In this document: piece by piece, positions 8,405 through 19,307 of the stretch
How the letters are laid out: each line of letters starts with the position of its first letter
Position numbering within the stretch: position 1 is the first letter of the stretch
Notes under the pieces: generated by a model
Databases searched by the model: none
Seen by the model: the letters and a program-made list of their open reading frames with translations, nothing else
What the model was told of the DNA's origin: nothing
Origin: an uncultured Pelagibacteraceae bacterium
GTDB taxonomy: Bacteria > Pseudomonadota > Alphaproteobacteria > Pelagibacterales > Pelagibacteraceae
DNA length: 64,000 bases
Direction of reading: 5' to 3'
Assembly: GCA_902595565.1 (NCBI GenBank)
Contig: CACJQO010000004.1
Span: 6,847 to 70,846, forward strand
Position numbers and translations under genes: made by a program

Positions 8405-9682
8405 TTAAGCTCTTATCGTTGGCAGACAATAAAAATCAGCAGTATCTATTTTAGAAGAATATTGTCTTCGCATATTCCATTTTTTATGAACCCCAGCGCT
8501 TGCAAGACTTAAAGTGGATCTGCCATATCTATAATTAGTATTATCAATTGATCGCATTAAACTTTTTATCTTTTCATCTTTTTCAGATGAAAATAAATTT
8601 TTTCTACCATCGTCATTACGTAGTCCTGTCAGCATCACACCTGCTTTTTGATAACGATAACCATTTTTAAAAATGCTTTCTAAAATTGAAACTGCAGTCT
8701 TAACAGTTTCAATACTGTTATTTGTTGCAATAGGAAAATCAATTGTTTTAGCATTTGAATAATAACCATAGTCTCTTTGAAAAGGACTGGTTCGAACGAA
8801 AACTGTGATGGCTTTTGCAACCAAAGATTCTGATCTAATTTTTTCAGACGCATTCAAGCAATAGTTGGCAACTGCTTCTTTTAGTTCTTGAAATTTTTCA
8901 ATTCTTTTACCAAATGACCTTGAAACTACACAGCTCTTTCTTTTAGTTTGAGTAGTTTCTAAATTTATACAAGGTATTCCTCTAAGTTCCATTGCAGTTC
9001 TAGAGCTTAAAACATTAGAGCATTTTTTAATCCAGGTATTGGATTTATTCTTAAGTTGCTTAGCATTATAGATACCATTTTTTTGATAGAATTTTGTTAG
9101 CTGCCTGCCAACACCCCATATATCGTTTATTTCAACTTTTTCTAAAATGGGGTCTAAATTTTCTATTCCAATTAAACTGGTTACCCCTGATTGTTTTTTC
9201 TTGGCAATATGATTTGCAACTTTACTTAAAGTTTTAGTTTTAGCAATACCGATACTGGTTGGAATACCAGTCCATTGCAAAACTGTTTCTCTAATTTCTC
9301 TACCGACTTTTTCAACCTCAGAGTCTGGAAAATTGGACAAATCTATGAACGCTTCGTCAATGGAATATACCTCTATTTCAGCATTAAATCTTTTAAGTGT
9401 TCTCATTACTCTTCTAGATAAATCTCCATATAAAGAATAATTTGATGAAAAAACCTCAACTTTATTTTTAACAATAATATCTTTTGCTTTAAAATAAGGT
9501 TCACCCATTTTAATCCCCAAAGCTTTTGCTTCATTGGATCTAGAAATAATACAACCATCATTATTTGATAGTACAACTACAGGTTTTTTTCTTATTCTTG
9601 GATTGAATAATCTTTCACATGAAACATAGAAAGAGTTACAATCAACTAAGCCTATTTTTTTAGTACGTTGAATGGATGACAT
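8405..9682 (-). CDS. umuC: DNA polymerase V catalytic subunit
   Basis: LVDCNSFYVSCE, SNNDGC, YSIDEAF, SRSFG, KAGVML. Confidence 0.96.
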   Translation of the reverse strand: MSSIQRTKKIGLVDCNSFYVSCERLFNPRIRKKPVVVLSNNDGCIISRSNEAKALGIKMGEPYFKAKDIIVKNKVEVFSSNYSLYGDLSRRVMRTLKRFNAEIEVYSIDEAFIDLSNFPDSEVEKVGREIRETVLQWTGIPTSIGIAKTKTLSKVANHIAKKKQSGVTSLIGIENLDPILEKVEINDIWGVGRQLTKFYQKNGIYNAKQLKNKSNTWIKKCSNVLSSRTAMELRGIPCINLETTQTKRKSCVVSRSFGKRIEKFQELKEAVANYCLNASEKIRSESLVAKAITVFVRTSPFQRDYGYYSNAKTIDFPIATNNSIETVKTAVSILESIFKNGYRYQKAGVMLTGLRNDDGRKNLFSSEKDEKIKSLMRSIDNTNYRYGRSTLSLASAGVHKKWNMRRQYSSKIDTADFYCLPTIRA

Positions 9683-10055
9683 AAGTCACAACCCCCCAAA
9701 TAAAGACATCTTCTTCTTCATTTATCAAAATTCTATTAGAAAAATCTTTAGAGCCTGAGGATAGAAATTTTTTATCTCTTTCTTGAACTAAAGTTTTAAC
9801 TACAAGCTCGTCATGAACATTTGCAATAACGGTTGAAAAGTTTTTTGGCTTTAAACTTTTGTCGACAACTAATAAATCCCCATCATTAATCCCAACATCG
9901 ACCATAGATTTTCCCTGTACTCGGATGATAAAAGTGGCTGGAACATTTTTGATTAAATGCATGTTCAGATCGATATCTTCTTCGATATAATCAGTGGCAG
10001 GCGATGGAAAACCAGCGCCAGCTTTATGCAGATAATAAGGAATAGTGAGCTTCAT
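9660..10055 (-). CDS. umuD: DNA polymerase V subunit UmuD (S24 peptidase)
   Basis: AGFPSPA cleavage region, GKSM, VVK, WGVV. Confidence 0.95.
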   Translation of the reverse strand: MKLTIPYYLHKAGAGFPSPATDYIEEDIDLNMHLIKNVPATFIIRVQGKSMVDVGINDGDLLVVDKSLKPKNFSTVIANVHDELVVKTLVQERDKKFLSSGSKDFSNRILINEEEDVFIWGVVTYVIHSTY

Positions 10056-10070
10056 GTTCTTGTTTTGTTC
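10056..10070 (-). promoter_or_regulatory. LexA (SOS) box of umuDC
   Basis: Perfect alphaproteobacterial GAAC-N7-GAAC (GAACAAAACAAGAAC) directly abutting the umuD ATG. Confidence 0.85.
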
Positions 10071-10126
10071 TTATTTGTAGCGCAGTTATACAATGCAGTC
10101 AATAGGTTGTATTTTGAGTCCGTAAT

Positions 10127-10148
10127 TGAATCAAAACTGAATCAAAAC
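10127..10148. repeat. 11-bp tandem direct repeat TGAATCAAAAC x2
   Basis: Read directly from the sequence; each unit contains a GANTC site. Confidence 0.8.
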
Positions 10149-10177
10149 GTGAACATCGAAACTATATTTTGTATGCT

Positions 10178-10186
10178 TGTGGATAA
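10178..10186 (-). promoter_or_regulatory. Perfect DnaA-box consensus (TTATCCACA)
   Basis: TGTGGATAA on the + strand in intergenic DNA; a single copy, function unproven. Confidence 0.45.
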
Positions 10187-10218
10187 CTTTAACCAAGGAT
10201 AGTTTAATTGGATATCAA

Positions 10219-10767
10219 ATGAGAGTAATTTTAATAATTTTAATTTCAATACTAACCTTAAATTCTCAAGTTATGGCATATGAGGAAGCAAATTATGAAA
10301 TAGTAAAAGAAAATAAAGAATATGAAATCAGAAAATATTCTGATCGTTTAGTCATTGAAACAAATTCCATACAGGGTAATGGTTTTAGAAAACTGTTTAA
10401 TTATATTTCAGGAAACAATGAGGAGAAAAAAGAAATTAAGATGACAGTTCCTGTTACTCAAGAAGTCAAAAATGGAAATATGACAATGCAATTTTATCTA
10501 CCTTCAAAATTTAACCTAACTAATACGCCAAAGCCATCTAATTCAGAAATAAAGGTTTTAACAATAGAAGGTGGGTACTATGCTGTTATTAAATATTCCG
10601 GAAGATCTTCAGACCAAAACTTTTTAAAGAATAAAGACATCTTAGAAAAACAGCTTAAGCAAGATAATATTACTATTTTAAGTCCTCCGATAAGAGCATC
10701 CTATAATTCACCATTTACATTACCAATGTTAAAAAGAAATGAAGTAATGTATAGAATAGACTTATAA
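10219..10767 (+). CDS. SOUL family heme-binding protein (exported)
   Basis: YEIRKY, GFRKLFNYISGNN, IKMTVPV, YNSPFT..RNEV; signal peptide from ATG 10219. Confidence 0.92.
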   Translation: MRVILIILISILTLNSQVMAYEEANYEIVKENKEYEIRKYSDRLVIETNSIQGNGFRKLFNYISGNNEEKKEIKMTVPVTQEVKNGNMTMQFYLPSKFNLTNTPKPSNSEIKVLTIEGGYYAVIKYSGRSSDQNFLKNKDILEKQLKQDNITILSPPIRASYNSPFTLPMLKRNEVMYRIDL

Positions 10768-11130
10768 ATGAAAAAATTAGTTTGCCATTGTGGAGCTGTA
10801 GAAGCAGAAATTAATTTAGATGGAGATTTAGCTAAAGTAATAAAATGTAATTGTTCTATTTGTAAAAGAAAAGGAGCAATCATGTCGATGGTAAAAAATG
10901 AAGATTTTAAAATTACTAAAGGCCAAGATAAATTAAAACTTTATCAATTTCATTCAAAAGTAGCGAAACATTACTTTTGCTCCGACTGTGGGATTTACAC
11001 ACATCATAATCCAAGGATCAATCCGGCAATGACAGGATTTAATGTTGGTTGTATTGATGAAATAAATACTTTCGATATGAAAGAAGTTCCTGTAAACGAT
11101 GGTCAAAATCATCCATTGGATAAAAAATAA
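10768..11130 (+). CDS. GFA/CENP-V family zinc protein
   Basis: CHCGAV, CNCSIC, HYFCSDCG. Confidence 0.92.
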   Translation: MKKLVCHCGAVEAEINLDGDLAKVIKCNCSICKRKGAIMSMVKNEDFKITKGQDKLKLYQFHSKVAKHYFCSDCGIYTHHNPRINPAMTGFNVGCIDEINTFDMKEVPVNDGQNHPLDKK

Positions 11131-11135
11131 TTTTC

Positions 11136-12065
11136 ATGCAACAATTCAGCTTATGCTTTAGTAAGGTAAAAAAAGATTGTTTAAAGTTTATTAAATCTCA
11201 AGAAACAAAAGCAGATAAATTTAAGAATAAGGAAAGAATGATAAAGTCTTTCTTAATTCCATTATGTTTTTGGATTAGTAAAAAAGCTGATAAAAAAAGG
11301 CCTTATTTTGTGGGTTTAGCAGGAGGCCAAGGTACAGGTAAAACCACCATTAGTTCACTCATTAAGATAATTTTAACAAAGTACTTTAAATTAAAAGTTT
11401 TCAGAATTTCTATAGATGATTTTTATAAAACTAGAAAAGAGAGAATAAATTTATCTAATAAAATTCATCCAATGCTTTTAACTAGAGGAGTACCAGGAAC
11501 ACATGATATTAATATGATGTTGAGTTTTTTTAGAAAGGCAAAAAGTAGAAAATTTAAAAGGCTGAAGTTGCCAACATTTAATAAAGCCATAGATGACCGA
11601 TTTCACAAAAAGAATTGGTATGATTTAAAAGCAAGACCCGATGTAATTATTTTTGAAGGTTGGTGTGTTGGTGCAAAATCAGAGAAAAATAATACTTTAA
11701 AGAAAAATATCAATTCTCTAGAAAAAGCCAAAGATCAAAGACAAATCTGGAGAAAATACGTTAACCAACAATTGAAATCAAAATACAAAAACTTATATTC
11801 CCAACTTAATTGTCTCATTTATTTAAGAGCGAAAAATTTTAGTTTGCTTCAGAAATGGAGATTGAAACAAGAAAGAAAACTTTGGGTGAAAAGTAAAGTA
11901 AAATCGAATTTAAAAATAATGAGCAGAGGAGATGTCATCAACTTTATGCAGACATATCAAAGAATAACCCAGAATATGTTTAAAAATATGCCTAAATATG
12001 CATCTATAATTTTTAATCTAAATAGTAACCATCAGATCAAATCTGCAGTATATAAAAGTAAATGA
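11136..12065 (+). CDS. P-loop kinase, D-glycerate 3-kinase (GLYK/Tda10)-like
   Basis: GGQGTGKTT, SIDDFY, TRGVPGTHD, IFEGWCVG, WRLKQE. Confidence 0.75.
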   Translation: MQQFSLCFSKVKKDCLKFIKSQETKADKFKNKERMIKSFLIPLCFWISKKADKKRPYFVGLAGGQGTGKTTISSLIKIILTKYFKLKVFRISIDDFYKTRKERINLSNKIHPMLLTRGVPGTHDINMMLSFFRKAKSRKFKRLKLPTFNKAIDDRFHKKNWYDLKARPDVIIFEGWCVGAKSEKNNTLKKNINSLEKAKDQRQIWRKYVNQQLKSKYKNLYSQLNCLIYLRAKNFSLLQKWRLKQERKLWVKSKVKSNLKIMSRGDVINFMQTYQRITQNMFKNMPKYASIIFNLNSNHQIKSAVYKSK

Positions 12066-13357
12066 AAAAAATAATTTTAATTTTTTTAGGGATATTCTTT
12101 TTATCTTCACAAGTAAATGCAGAAACATTTTCTAGTGCTCTATCAAAAGCATATAAAAATAATTCAGAATTGAACGCTGAAAGAGAAAATATTAATGTTT
12201 CTGAACAAGATCTAAATATAGCAAGAGGGTCTTATTTACCAACGATTACGCTTGAGGGAACTAAAAGCCAGGAAGAGACCAACAAACTTACTAATCAAGG
12301 TGGAGGAGATGCCACAATTAGTGATGTGGACCCTTCAACAAGATCAGTCTCAATTACTCAAACTTTAATAGATTTTGGTAGAGGTGCAGATCTTGCAAAA
12401 AATAAGATAGGTATTGATCTTGCAAAAGCGAAATTATTAAAAAAAGAACAAGACATCTTATATAAAACTACAGAGGCTTACACGGGGCTAATTTCAGCAA
12501 ATGAAAAGTTAGAAATTAATAGAGCAAACGTTGAGCTTTTAAGCAGACAAGTTGAAACTGATAGAATTAGACTTAGTAGAGGTCAAATTTCTTTATCAGA
12601 TGTTTCTCAATCAGAGTCCTCTTTAGCAGGCGCTGAGGCACAATTTATCAAGGCACAAAATGATTTATTAACCAGCAAATTAAATTATGAAAATATCATA
12701 GGTAGCATTAATGATGTGCAATCATTAGATAAAAGTTCAATTATTAATTATGAACTTCCAGGAGATCTTAATTCAGCAATTGAGCTTTCAAAGAAAAATA
12801 ATCCTGATTTAATAATTGCAAAGTTAGAGTACGAACAATCTATTAAAGATAAATCAATAGCTAAATCTGATTTAGCACCTACTGCGAAATTATCTTTTGA
12901 AAGATCATATACTGAAGATTTAAATACAACATATGATGAGAGAGAAAAAGATACTGTTAAAGCAACTGTTTCGTGGCCTTTTTTTTCAGGTGGTAAAAAC
13001 ATTGCTAAATATAAAAAAAATCAAAGTTTAGAAAATAGAAAAAGATTGATTTTAGATAGTGCCGTTAAACAAAATCAAACTGATGTAGCTAGCGCCTGGT
13101 CTAATTATCAATCTAATAGAAGTTTACTTAATTCTGTTCAATCCCAAGTTAAAGCTGCTGAAATTGCCAATGAGGGAATTGCTGCTGAATATAATAGTGG
13201 GGCAGGAAGAACAACTTTAGAGGTCATTCAATCCAACTCAATACTTTTGAACGCTCAAATCTCTTTGGCAGATTCTGAGAGAAATTACATTTTATCCCAG
13301 TTTAATTTGTTAAAGTCCTTAGGATTGCTAAACAGCGATTATCTAAAAATAAGATAA
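12062..13357 (+). CDS. tolC: TolC family outer-membrane efflux protein
   Basis: Signal peptide and duplicated OEP repeats (YLPTITL, LAPTAKL, GRTTLEV). Confidence 0.88.
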   Translation: MKKIILIFLGIFFLSSQVNAETFSSALSKAYKNNSELNAERENINVSEQDLNIARGSYLPTITLEGTKSQEETNKLTNQGGGDATISDVDPSTRSVSITQTLIDFGRGADLAKNKIGIDLAKAKLLKKEQDILYKTTEAYTGLISANEKLEINRANVELLSRQVETDRIRLSRGQISLSDVSQSESSLAGAEAQFIKAQNDLLTSKLNYENIIGSINDVQSLDKSSIINYELPGDLNSAIELSKKNNPDLIIAKLEYEQSIKDKSIAKSDLAPTAKLSFERSYTEDLNTTYDEREKDTVKATVSWPFFSGGKNIAKYKKNQSLENRKRLILDSAVKQNQTDVASAWSNYQSNRSLLNSVQSQVKAAEIANEGIAAEYNSGAGRTTLEVIQSNSILLNAQISLADSERNYILSQFNLLKSLGLLNSDYLKIR

Positions 13358-13388
13358 TTATTGGTTTTTTGAGGAAAAATAAAATATC

Positions 13389-13416
13389 TTGCCAATGAGA
13401 ACAAAATGTGTACATT
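13389..13416 (+). promoter_or_regulatory. recA promoter with overlapping LexA box
   Basis: TTGCCA-16 bp-TACATT; GAAC-N7-GTAC at 13399-13413, a variant known from alphaproteobacterial recA promoters. Confidence 0.75.
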
Positions 13417-13462
13417 TATTTTATGATTCGAGTGTTAAAAAAAGCAAGAAAAGAGGCAAAAA

Positions 13463-14611
13463 ATGACAAAAAATAACTTAAAAGTAGTTAAATCTACGAA
13501 AGATCAAGAATTGGATATTAAAGAAAAAAACAAAGCATTAGATGCTGCGATTAGCCAGATAACTGACAATTTTGGAAAAGGTTCAGTTATGAAGCTGGGC
13601 GAAAAAAGAGCGATGGATATCGAGTCGATATCTACAGGTTCTTTAAGTTTAGATTTAGCTTTAGGAATAGGTGGTTTACCTAAAGGAAGAATTATTGAAG
13701 TTTATGGACCAGAGAGTTCTGGAAAAACAACATTAGCATTACAAGTAGTTGCTGAAGCTCAAAAGGCGGGTGGAATTTGTGCATTCGTTGATGCGGAGCA
13801 TGCTTTAGATCCAGTCTATGCAAAAAAATTAGGAGTGAATACTGAAGAGCTTTTAATTTCTCAACCAGATGCAGGTGAGCAAGCTTTAGAAATCGCTGAT
13901 ACGCTAGTAAAATCAGGCTCTATTTCAGTTATCGTAATTGACTCTGTTGCGGCTTTAACTCCAAAAGCTGAAATTGAAGGTGAGATGGGTGATCATCATG
14001 TTGGTCTTCAATCAAGATTAATGAGTCAGGCTTTAAGAAAATTAACTGGTTCAATTTCAAATACAAACACAATGATGATTTTCATTAACCAAATTAGAAT
14101 GAAAATTGGAGTTATGTTTGGAAGTCCAGAAACAACATCAGGTGGAAATGCGTTGAAGTTTTATTCATCTGTAAGAATGGATATTAGAAGAATTGGTGCT
14201 ATCAAAGACAAAGATGAAATTATTGGCAATACTACAAGAGTAAAAGTAGTTAAGAATAAAGTTGCACCACCATTTAAAGTTGTTGAGTTTGACTTAATGT
14301 ATGGCAGAGGAATTAGTAAAATGGGTGAGTTAGTTGACCTAGGTGCTAAAGCTGACATTATTGAAAAATCAGGAGCATGGTATGCTTATAAGGGTGAAAA
14401 GATAGGTCAAGGTAGAGAAAATGCAAAAACTTACCTTGCTCAAAATCCTAAAGTTGCTGCAGAAATAGAAATGGCAATTAGAGAAAAAGCAGGTGTGATT
14501 TCAAAGAAAATTGAAGGAAATCCATTAAGTCCTGAAAAAATTGAAAAAGAGAAGAAAGTAGCTGAAAAAGAAGAGGCTGCAAAAGAAGCTACTCCTTCCA
14601 AAAAGAACTAA
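13463..14611 (+). CDS. recA: Recombinase A
   Basis: [32 protein letters not shown]. Confidence 0.99.
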   Translation: MTKNNLKVVKSTKDQELDIKEKNKALDAAISQITDNFGKGSVMKLGEKRAMDIESISTGSLSLDLALGIGGLPKGRIIEVYGPESSGKTTLALQVVAEAQKAGGICAFVDAEHALDPVYAKKLGVNTEELLISQPDAGEQALEIADTLVKSGSISVIVIDSVAALTPKAEIEGEMGDHHVGLQSRLMSQALRKLTGSISNTNTMMIFINQIRMKIGVMFGSPETTSGGNALKFYSSVRMDIRRIGAIKDKDEIIGNTTRVKVVKNKVAPPFKVVEFDLMYGRGISKMGELVDLGAKADIIEKSGAWYAYKGEKIGQGRENAKTYLAQNPKVAAEIEMAIREKAGVISKKIEGNPLSPEKIEKEKKVAEKEEAAKEATPSKKN

Positions 14612-14636
14612 AATTAAAGGTCATCTTTAAATTATA

Positions 14637-14661
14637 AAAGGCGCTTGTTATAAGCGCCTTT
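14637..14661 (+). terminator. Hairpin or terminator after recA
   Basis: AAAGGCGCTT-GTTAT-AAGCGCCTTT. Confidence 0.7.
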
Positions 14662-14711
14662 CCCCCTTTATCCCTAACTAGACATAAAACAAAAAAGCTG
14701 TATTTTAAAGT

Positions 14712-17378
14712 ATGGCGGATAAATCATTAAATGAAATAAGAAGTACGTTCTTAAAATATTTTGAAAAGAATGATCATAGGATTGTTGAGTCTAGCAATTT
14801 AGTTCCAAATAATGATCCGACATTAATGTTTGCCAATTCTGGAATGGTTCAGTTCAAGAACGTATTTACTGGTTTAGAAAAAAGAGATTATCAAAGAGCT
14901 ACCACTTCGCAAAAATGTGTCAGAGCAGGAGGTAAACATAATGATTTAGAAAATGTTGGTTATACCCCAAGACACCATACTTTTTTTGAAATGTTGGGAA
15001 ATTTTTCTTTCGGAGACTATTTTAAAGAAAGAGGAATTGAACTTGCATGGAATTTAATCACTAAAGATTTTGGTTTAGATAAAAATAGACTTTACGTAAC
15101 AGTTTTCCATGAAGATGATGAAGCCTTCAATTTTTGGAAGAAAATAGCGGGTTTTAGCGATGATAAAATTATCAGAATTTCGACATCAGATAATTTCTGG
15201 TCAATGGGCGAAACAGGTCCCTGTGGACCTTGCTCAGAAATATTCTACGATCATGGTGATCATTTAAAAGGTGGTTTACCCGGAACAAAGGATCAAGATG
15301 GAGATCGTTTTATTGAAATTTGGAACTTGGTATTTATGCAATATGAACAAGTTTCAAAAGATAAAAGAATAGATTTACCCAAACCATCTGTAGATACAGG
15401 AATGGGATTGGAGAGAATAGCTGCTCTTTTACAAGGCACACACGACAATTATCAAACTGATCATTTTAAGAAATTAATAAATTCGATATCAGATGTAACT
15501 AAAGTTAAACAAGCTGATAATAATATATCGAGTTTTAGGGTAATTGCTGATCACTTAAGAGCAAGTTCATTTCTTTTAGCTGAAGGTGTTCTACCGTCCA
15601 ATGAGGGTCGTGGATATGTCCTAAGAAGAATTATGAGAAGAGGTATGAGGCATTCTCATTTACTAGGATCAAAAGAACCTATTTTTTACAAAATTTTTGA
15701 ATCTTTAAAAAATGAAATGTCAGGAAATTATCCAGAGTTAGAGCGATCTGAGTCTTTGATAACAGAAACGTTAAAAATGGAAGAAGAAAAATTTTTAGTT
15801 TTACTTGATCGAGGAATTAAAATACTAAATGATGAAATTTCAAAAATTGATAAAGTGTTATCTGGTGATGTAGCTTTTAAATTATATGACACTTATGGTT
15901 TTCCATTAGATCTAACAGAAGATATTCTAAAAAATAAATCATTAAAAGTTGACCATCAAAAATTTGATGAGTTGATGAAAAAGAGCAAAGAACTTGCAAA
16001 AAAGAATTGGAAAGGATCTGGTGACAGCTCAGAAGAAGCAATTTGGTTTTCAATTAAAGATAAAACTGGTCCTACAGAATTTTTGGGTTACGAGTCTAAT
16101 CAATCTGAGGGAGTAGTGTTAAATTTAATTAAAAATAATCAGGAATCAAAATCATTAGCTACTGGAGAAGAAGGAATGATTATAACTAATCAAACTCCTT
16201 TTTATGGTGAGTCAGGAGGACAACTTGGTGATAAAGGCACAATAGTCTCTGGAAATTCAGTTTTTGAAGTTGAGGATACACAAAAAAAACTTGGAGATTT
16301 ATTTGTTCATTATGGATCGGTAAAAACTGGTGAAATTAAAATAAATGATGTAGTTGAAATGAAAATTGATGTTGAGAGAAGAAACAATTTAAAAGCTTAT
16401 CATTCTGCAACTCACTTACTTCATGAGTCTTTAAGAAGAACTTTAGGTAAGCACGTGATGCAAAAAGGATCATTAGTTGCGCCAGATCGTTTGAGGTTTG
16501 ACTTTAGTCACATGAAACCGATTACTAATGAGGAATTAGAGACAATAGATAAATTAGTTAACGAATACGTTAAAAATGGTTCTGAAGTGACCACAAGAAT
16601 TATGACACCTAAAGCTGCAATAGAAAAGGGAGCGCTAGCTTTTTTTGGTGAAAAATATGGTGAAGAAGTTCGTGTCGTTTCAATGGGGAAGGAAAAAGAT
16701 GCTTATTTTTCAACGGAATTATGCGGTGGAACCCATGTAAAAAACACCGGAGATATTGGAAAATTTAAAACAGTCAGTCAATCATCTATTGCTGCAGGAG
16801 TAAGAAGAGTTGAAGCTCTAAGAGATAAACAACTTGAGGATTTTATTAAGAATAAAGAAAAGCTATCGACTTTATCTGTACAAAAAGATGAGGAGACTAT
16901 CAAAGATTTGTCATCACAAATAATCAAACTTGGAGGTAAACCGAAAGTTGATAATAAAGATTTAAAAGAAATAATAAAAAATCTTTCAAAACAACTTGAA
17001 CAATTAAATGTTAATTCAGTTCTTCAAGATAAAACAAAAAATATTATTAATGACCAAAAAATAAAGGATATAAAAGTTCGATTCCAAAAAGTTCAAGATT
17101 TACCTCCTAAAGACCTGAGAAAATTAGTTGATAGTGGAAAAAAAGAACTTGGTGATGGGATTGTAATTGTTTTTGCAAGTAGTGAAGATAAAGTTGGTTT
17201 AGGCGTTGGTGTTACTGAAAAACTAGTGGATAAATATGATGCTGTAAAATTTGCAAAATTAGGTTCAGAAATTATCGGTGGTAAAGGTGGTGGAGGTCGA
17301 AAAGATTTTGCCCAGGCAGGGGGAAAAGATAAAAACAAAATTGATGAGGCTTTTGAAAAACTAAAGGCTTTAATTTAG
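14712..17378 (+). CDS. alaS: Alanine-tRNA ligase
   Basis: [41 protein letters not shown]. Confidence 0.99.
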   Translation: MADKSLNEIRSTFLKYFEKNDHRIVESSNLVPNNDPTLMFANSGMVQFKNVFTGLEKRDYQRATTSQKCVRAGGKHNDLENVGYTPRHHTFFEMLGNFSFGDYFKERGIELAWNLITKDFGLDKNRLYVTVFHEDDEAFNFWKKIAGFSDDKIIRISTSDNFWSMGETGPCGPCSEIFYDHGDHLKGGLPGTKDQDGDRFIEIWNLVFMQYEQVSKDKRIDLPKPSVDTGMGLERIAALLQGTHDNYQTDHFKKLINSISDVTKVKQADNNISSFRVIADHLRASSFLLAEGVLPSNEGRGYVLRRIMRRGMRHSHLLGSKEPIFYKIFESLKNEMSGNYPELERSESLITETLKMEEEKFLVLLDRGIKILNDEISKIDKVLSGDVAFKLYDTYGFPLDLTEDILKNKSLKVDHQKFDELMKKSKELAKKNWKGSGDSSEEAIWFSIKDKTGPTEFLGYESNQSEGVVLNLIKNNQESKSLATGEEGMIITNQTPFYGESGGQLGDKGTIVSGNSVFEVEDTQKKLGDLFVHYGSVKTGEIKINDVVEMKIDVERRNNLKAYHSATHLLHESLRRTLGKHVMQKGSLVAPDRLRFDFSHMKPITNEELETIDKLVNEYVKNGSEVTTRIMTPKAAIEKGALAFFGEKYGEEVRVVSMGKEKDAYFSTELCGGTHVKNTGDIGKFKTVSQSSIAAGVRRVEALRDKQLEDFIKNKEKLSTLSVQKDEETIKDLSSQIIKLGGKPKVDNKDLKEIIKNLSKQLEQLNVNSVLQDKTKNIINDQKIKDIKVRFQKVQDLPPKDLRKLVDSGKKELGDGIVIVFASSEDKVGLGVGVTEKLVDKYDAVKFAKLGSEIIGGKGGGGRKDFAQAGGKDKNKIDEAFEKLKALI

Positions 17379-18584
17379 CTTCTGTTTAAGATTGTTATCA
17401 ATTACATCCAGAAATTGATTGGTTGTTAAATATTTGCTTGAAGGTCCAACCAATATTGCAAGATCTTTTGTCATAGAGCCATTTTCAACACTTTCAATAC
17501 AAACTTTTTCAATTGTATTTGCAAATTTGATAAGTTCGTCATTACCATCAAGCTTTCCTCTATGTGCTAATCCTCTTGTCCATGCAAAAATCGAAGCAAT
17601 TGGATTTGTGGAAGTTTCTTTACCTTGTTGGTGCATTCTATAATGTCTAGTTACTGTTCCGTGAGCTGCTTCTGCCTCCATTATTTTTCCATCAGGTGTA
17701 AGCAGTGTGCTGGTCATTAAACCAAGTGAGCCATATCCTTGAGCCATGGTATCTGACTGAACATCACCATCATAATTTTTACATGCCCATATATACTTTC
17801 CGCTCCATTTCATTGCACATGCTACCATGTCGTCAATTAATCTGTGTTCATAAGTAATTTTTGCATCCTCAAATTTTTTCTTGAATTCTTTATTATAGAC
17901 CTCTTCAAATATATCTTTAAATCTTCCATCATATTTTTTTAGAATTGTATTTTTAGTTGATAAGTAAACTGGCCAATTCTTAATTAATCCATAACTAAAA
18001 CAGGATCTTGCGAAATCCTCGATTGATTTATCTAAATTATACATTGAGAGTGCAACCCCTGGACCGGTAAAATTAAATACTTCATATTTAATTTCATCTT
18101 TACCATCTTCAGAAGTCCATTTTACTTCCATCTTACCTTTACCAGGCACTTTGAAATCTGTTGCTCTATATTGATCTCCAAATGCATGTCTCCCTATTAC
18201 TACTGGGTCGGACCAAGAGGGTACGAGTTTTGGAATGTTAGAACAAATTATGGGTTCTCTAAATACAGTTCCTCCAATAATATTCCGGATAGTTCCGTTT
18301 GGAGATCTCCACATTTTCTTCAATTTAAACTCTTCAACTCGTGCTTCATCTGGAGTTATGGTTGCACATTTGATACCGACACCAATTTTTTTAATTGCAT
18401 TAGCAGAGTCGATAGTGATTTGATCATCAGAGTCATCTCTACTTTTCATTCCTAAATCGTAATATTCAATGCCAAGATCTAAATACGGAAGTATCAATTT
18501 CTTCTTGATAAATTCCCAGATTATTCTGGTCATTTCATCGCCATCTAACTCTACTATTGGGTTTTTAACGCTAATTTTGCTCAC
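17370..18584 (-). CDS. icd: NADP-dependent isocitrate dehydrogenase (type II)
   Basis: [34 protein letters not shown]. Confidence 0.98.
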   Translation of the reverse strand: MSKISVKNPIVELDGDEMTRIIWEFIKKKLILPYLDLGIEYYDLGMKSRDDSDDQITIDSANAIKKIGVGIKCATITPDEARVEEFKLKKMWRSPNGTIRNIIGGTVFREPIICSNIPKLVPSWSDPVVIGRHAFGDQYRATDFKVPGKGKMEVKWTSEDGKDEIKYEVFNFTGPGVALSMYNLDKSIEDFARSCFSYGLIKNWPVYLSTKNTILKKYDGRFKDIFEEVYNKEFKKKFEDAKITYEHRLIDDMVACAMKWSGKYIWACKNYDGDVQSDTMAQGYGSLGLMTSTLLTPDGKIMEAEAAHGTVTRHYRMHQQGKETSTNPIASIFAWTRGLAHRGKLDGNDELIKFANTIEKVCIESVENGSMTKDLAILVGPSSKYLTTNQFLDVIDNNLKQKLN

Positions 18585-18658
18585 TTATATTTTTATCTTA
18601 ATAATTGAATTTCGCGATTTTATATACATATTAATGACAAATTATCAAATAGAAGAAT

Positions 18659-19306
18659 ATGTTTAGTAAGATATTTCCAAAAATTCACGCTGAAGGTTAT
18701 AAATTTTTAGTTATAGCCGGAATAATCACAATAGTATTTTATATTTTTAGTAATTTCTTAGGTCTTGTTGGTTTAGTCTTGACTATTTGGGTTTATTATT
18801 TTTTTAGAGATCCAGAGAGAGTTATTATAGATGATGATAATTATCTTGTTAGTCCAGCAGATGGTGAGGTGATCAAAGTTGAAGAAGTTGATGGGCCTAA
18901 AGAACTTAGTCTTGAGAATAAAAAATTTAAAAAGATTAGTGTTTTCATGAATGTTTTTGATTGTCATGTAAACAGAACTCCATGTGCAGGGAAGATTGAG
19001 GAAATCTTATATAAGCCAGGCAAGTTTGTAAATGCTTCATTAGATAAAGCAAGTGAGGATAATGAAAGAAATTACTTTAAAATTAAAGACCCCCACAACA
19101 ATGACATTATAGTTGTTCAAATAGCTGGACTTGTTGCACGAAGAATAGTTTGTGAGTCAAATAAAGATCAAGAGTTGAAACAAGGAGAGCGTATTGGCAT
19201 GATACGATTTGGTAGTAGAGCTGATATATATTATGAAAATTATGAGCCACTTGTAAAAGTTGGCCAAAAAGCTATTTCAGGTGAGACACTACTTGCAAAA
19301 AAATAA
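18659..19306 (+). CDS. psd: Phosphatidylserine decarboxylase proenzyme
   Basis: FFRDPER, SPADG, HVNRTP, IRFGSR cleavage site. Confidence 0.96.
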   Translation: MFSKIFPKIHAEGYKFLVIAGIITIVFYIFSNFLGLVGLVLTIWVYYFFRDPERVIIDDDNYLVSPADGEVIKVEEVDGPKELSLENKKFKKISVFMNVFDCHVNRTPCAGKIEEILYKPGKFVNASLDKASEDNERNYFKIKDPHNNDIIVVQIAGLVARRIVCESNKDQELKQGERIGMIRFGSRADIYYENYEPLVKVGQKAISGETLLAKK

Positions 19307-19307
19307 T

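Noticed and set aside
8405-10055. umuDC as a marker of a prophage or ICE
   Set aside because: No integrase, tRNA, att repeats or phage genes; it has a host-type LexA box and similar base composition to its neighbours.
10100-10218. Possible replication origin (DnaA box plus GANTC sites)
   Set aside because: Only one perfect DnaA box in a short spacer, and no hemE, dnaA or parAB context. Kept only as a regulatory observation.
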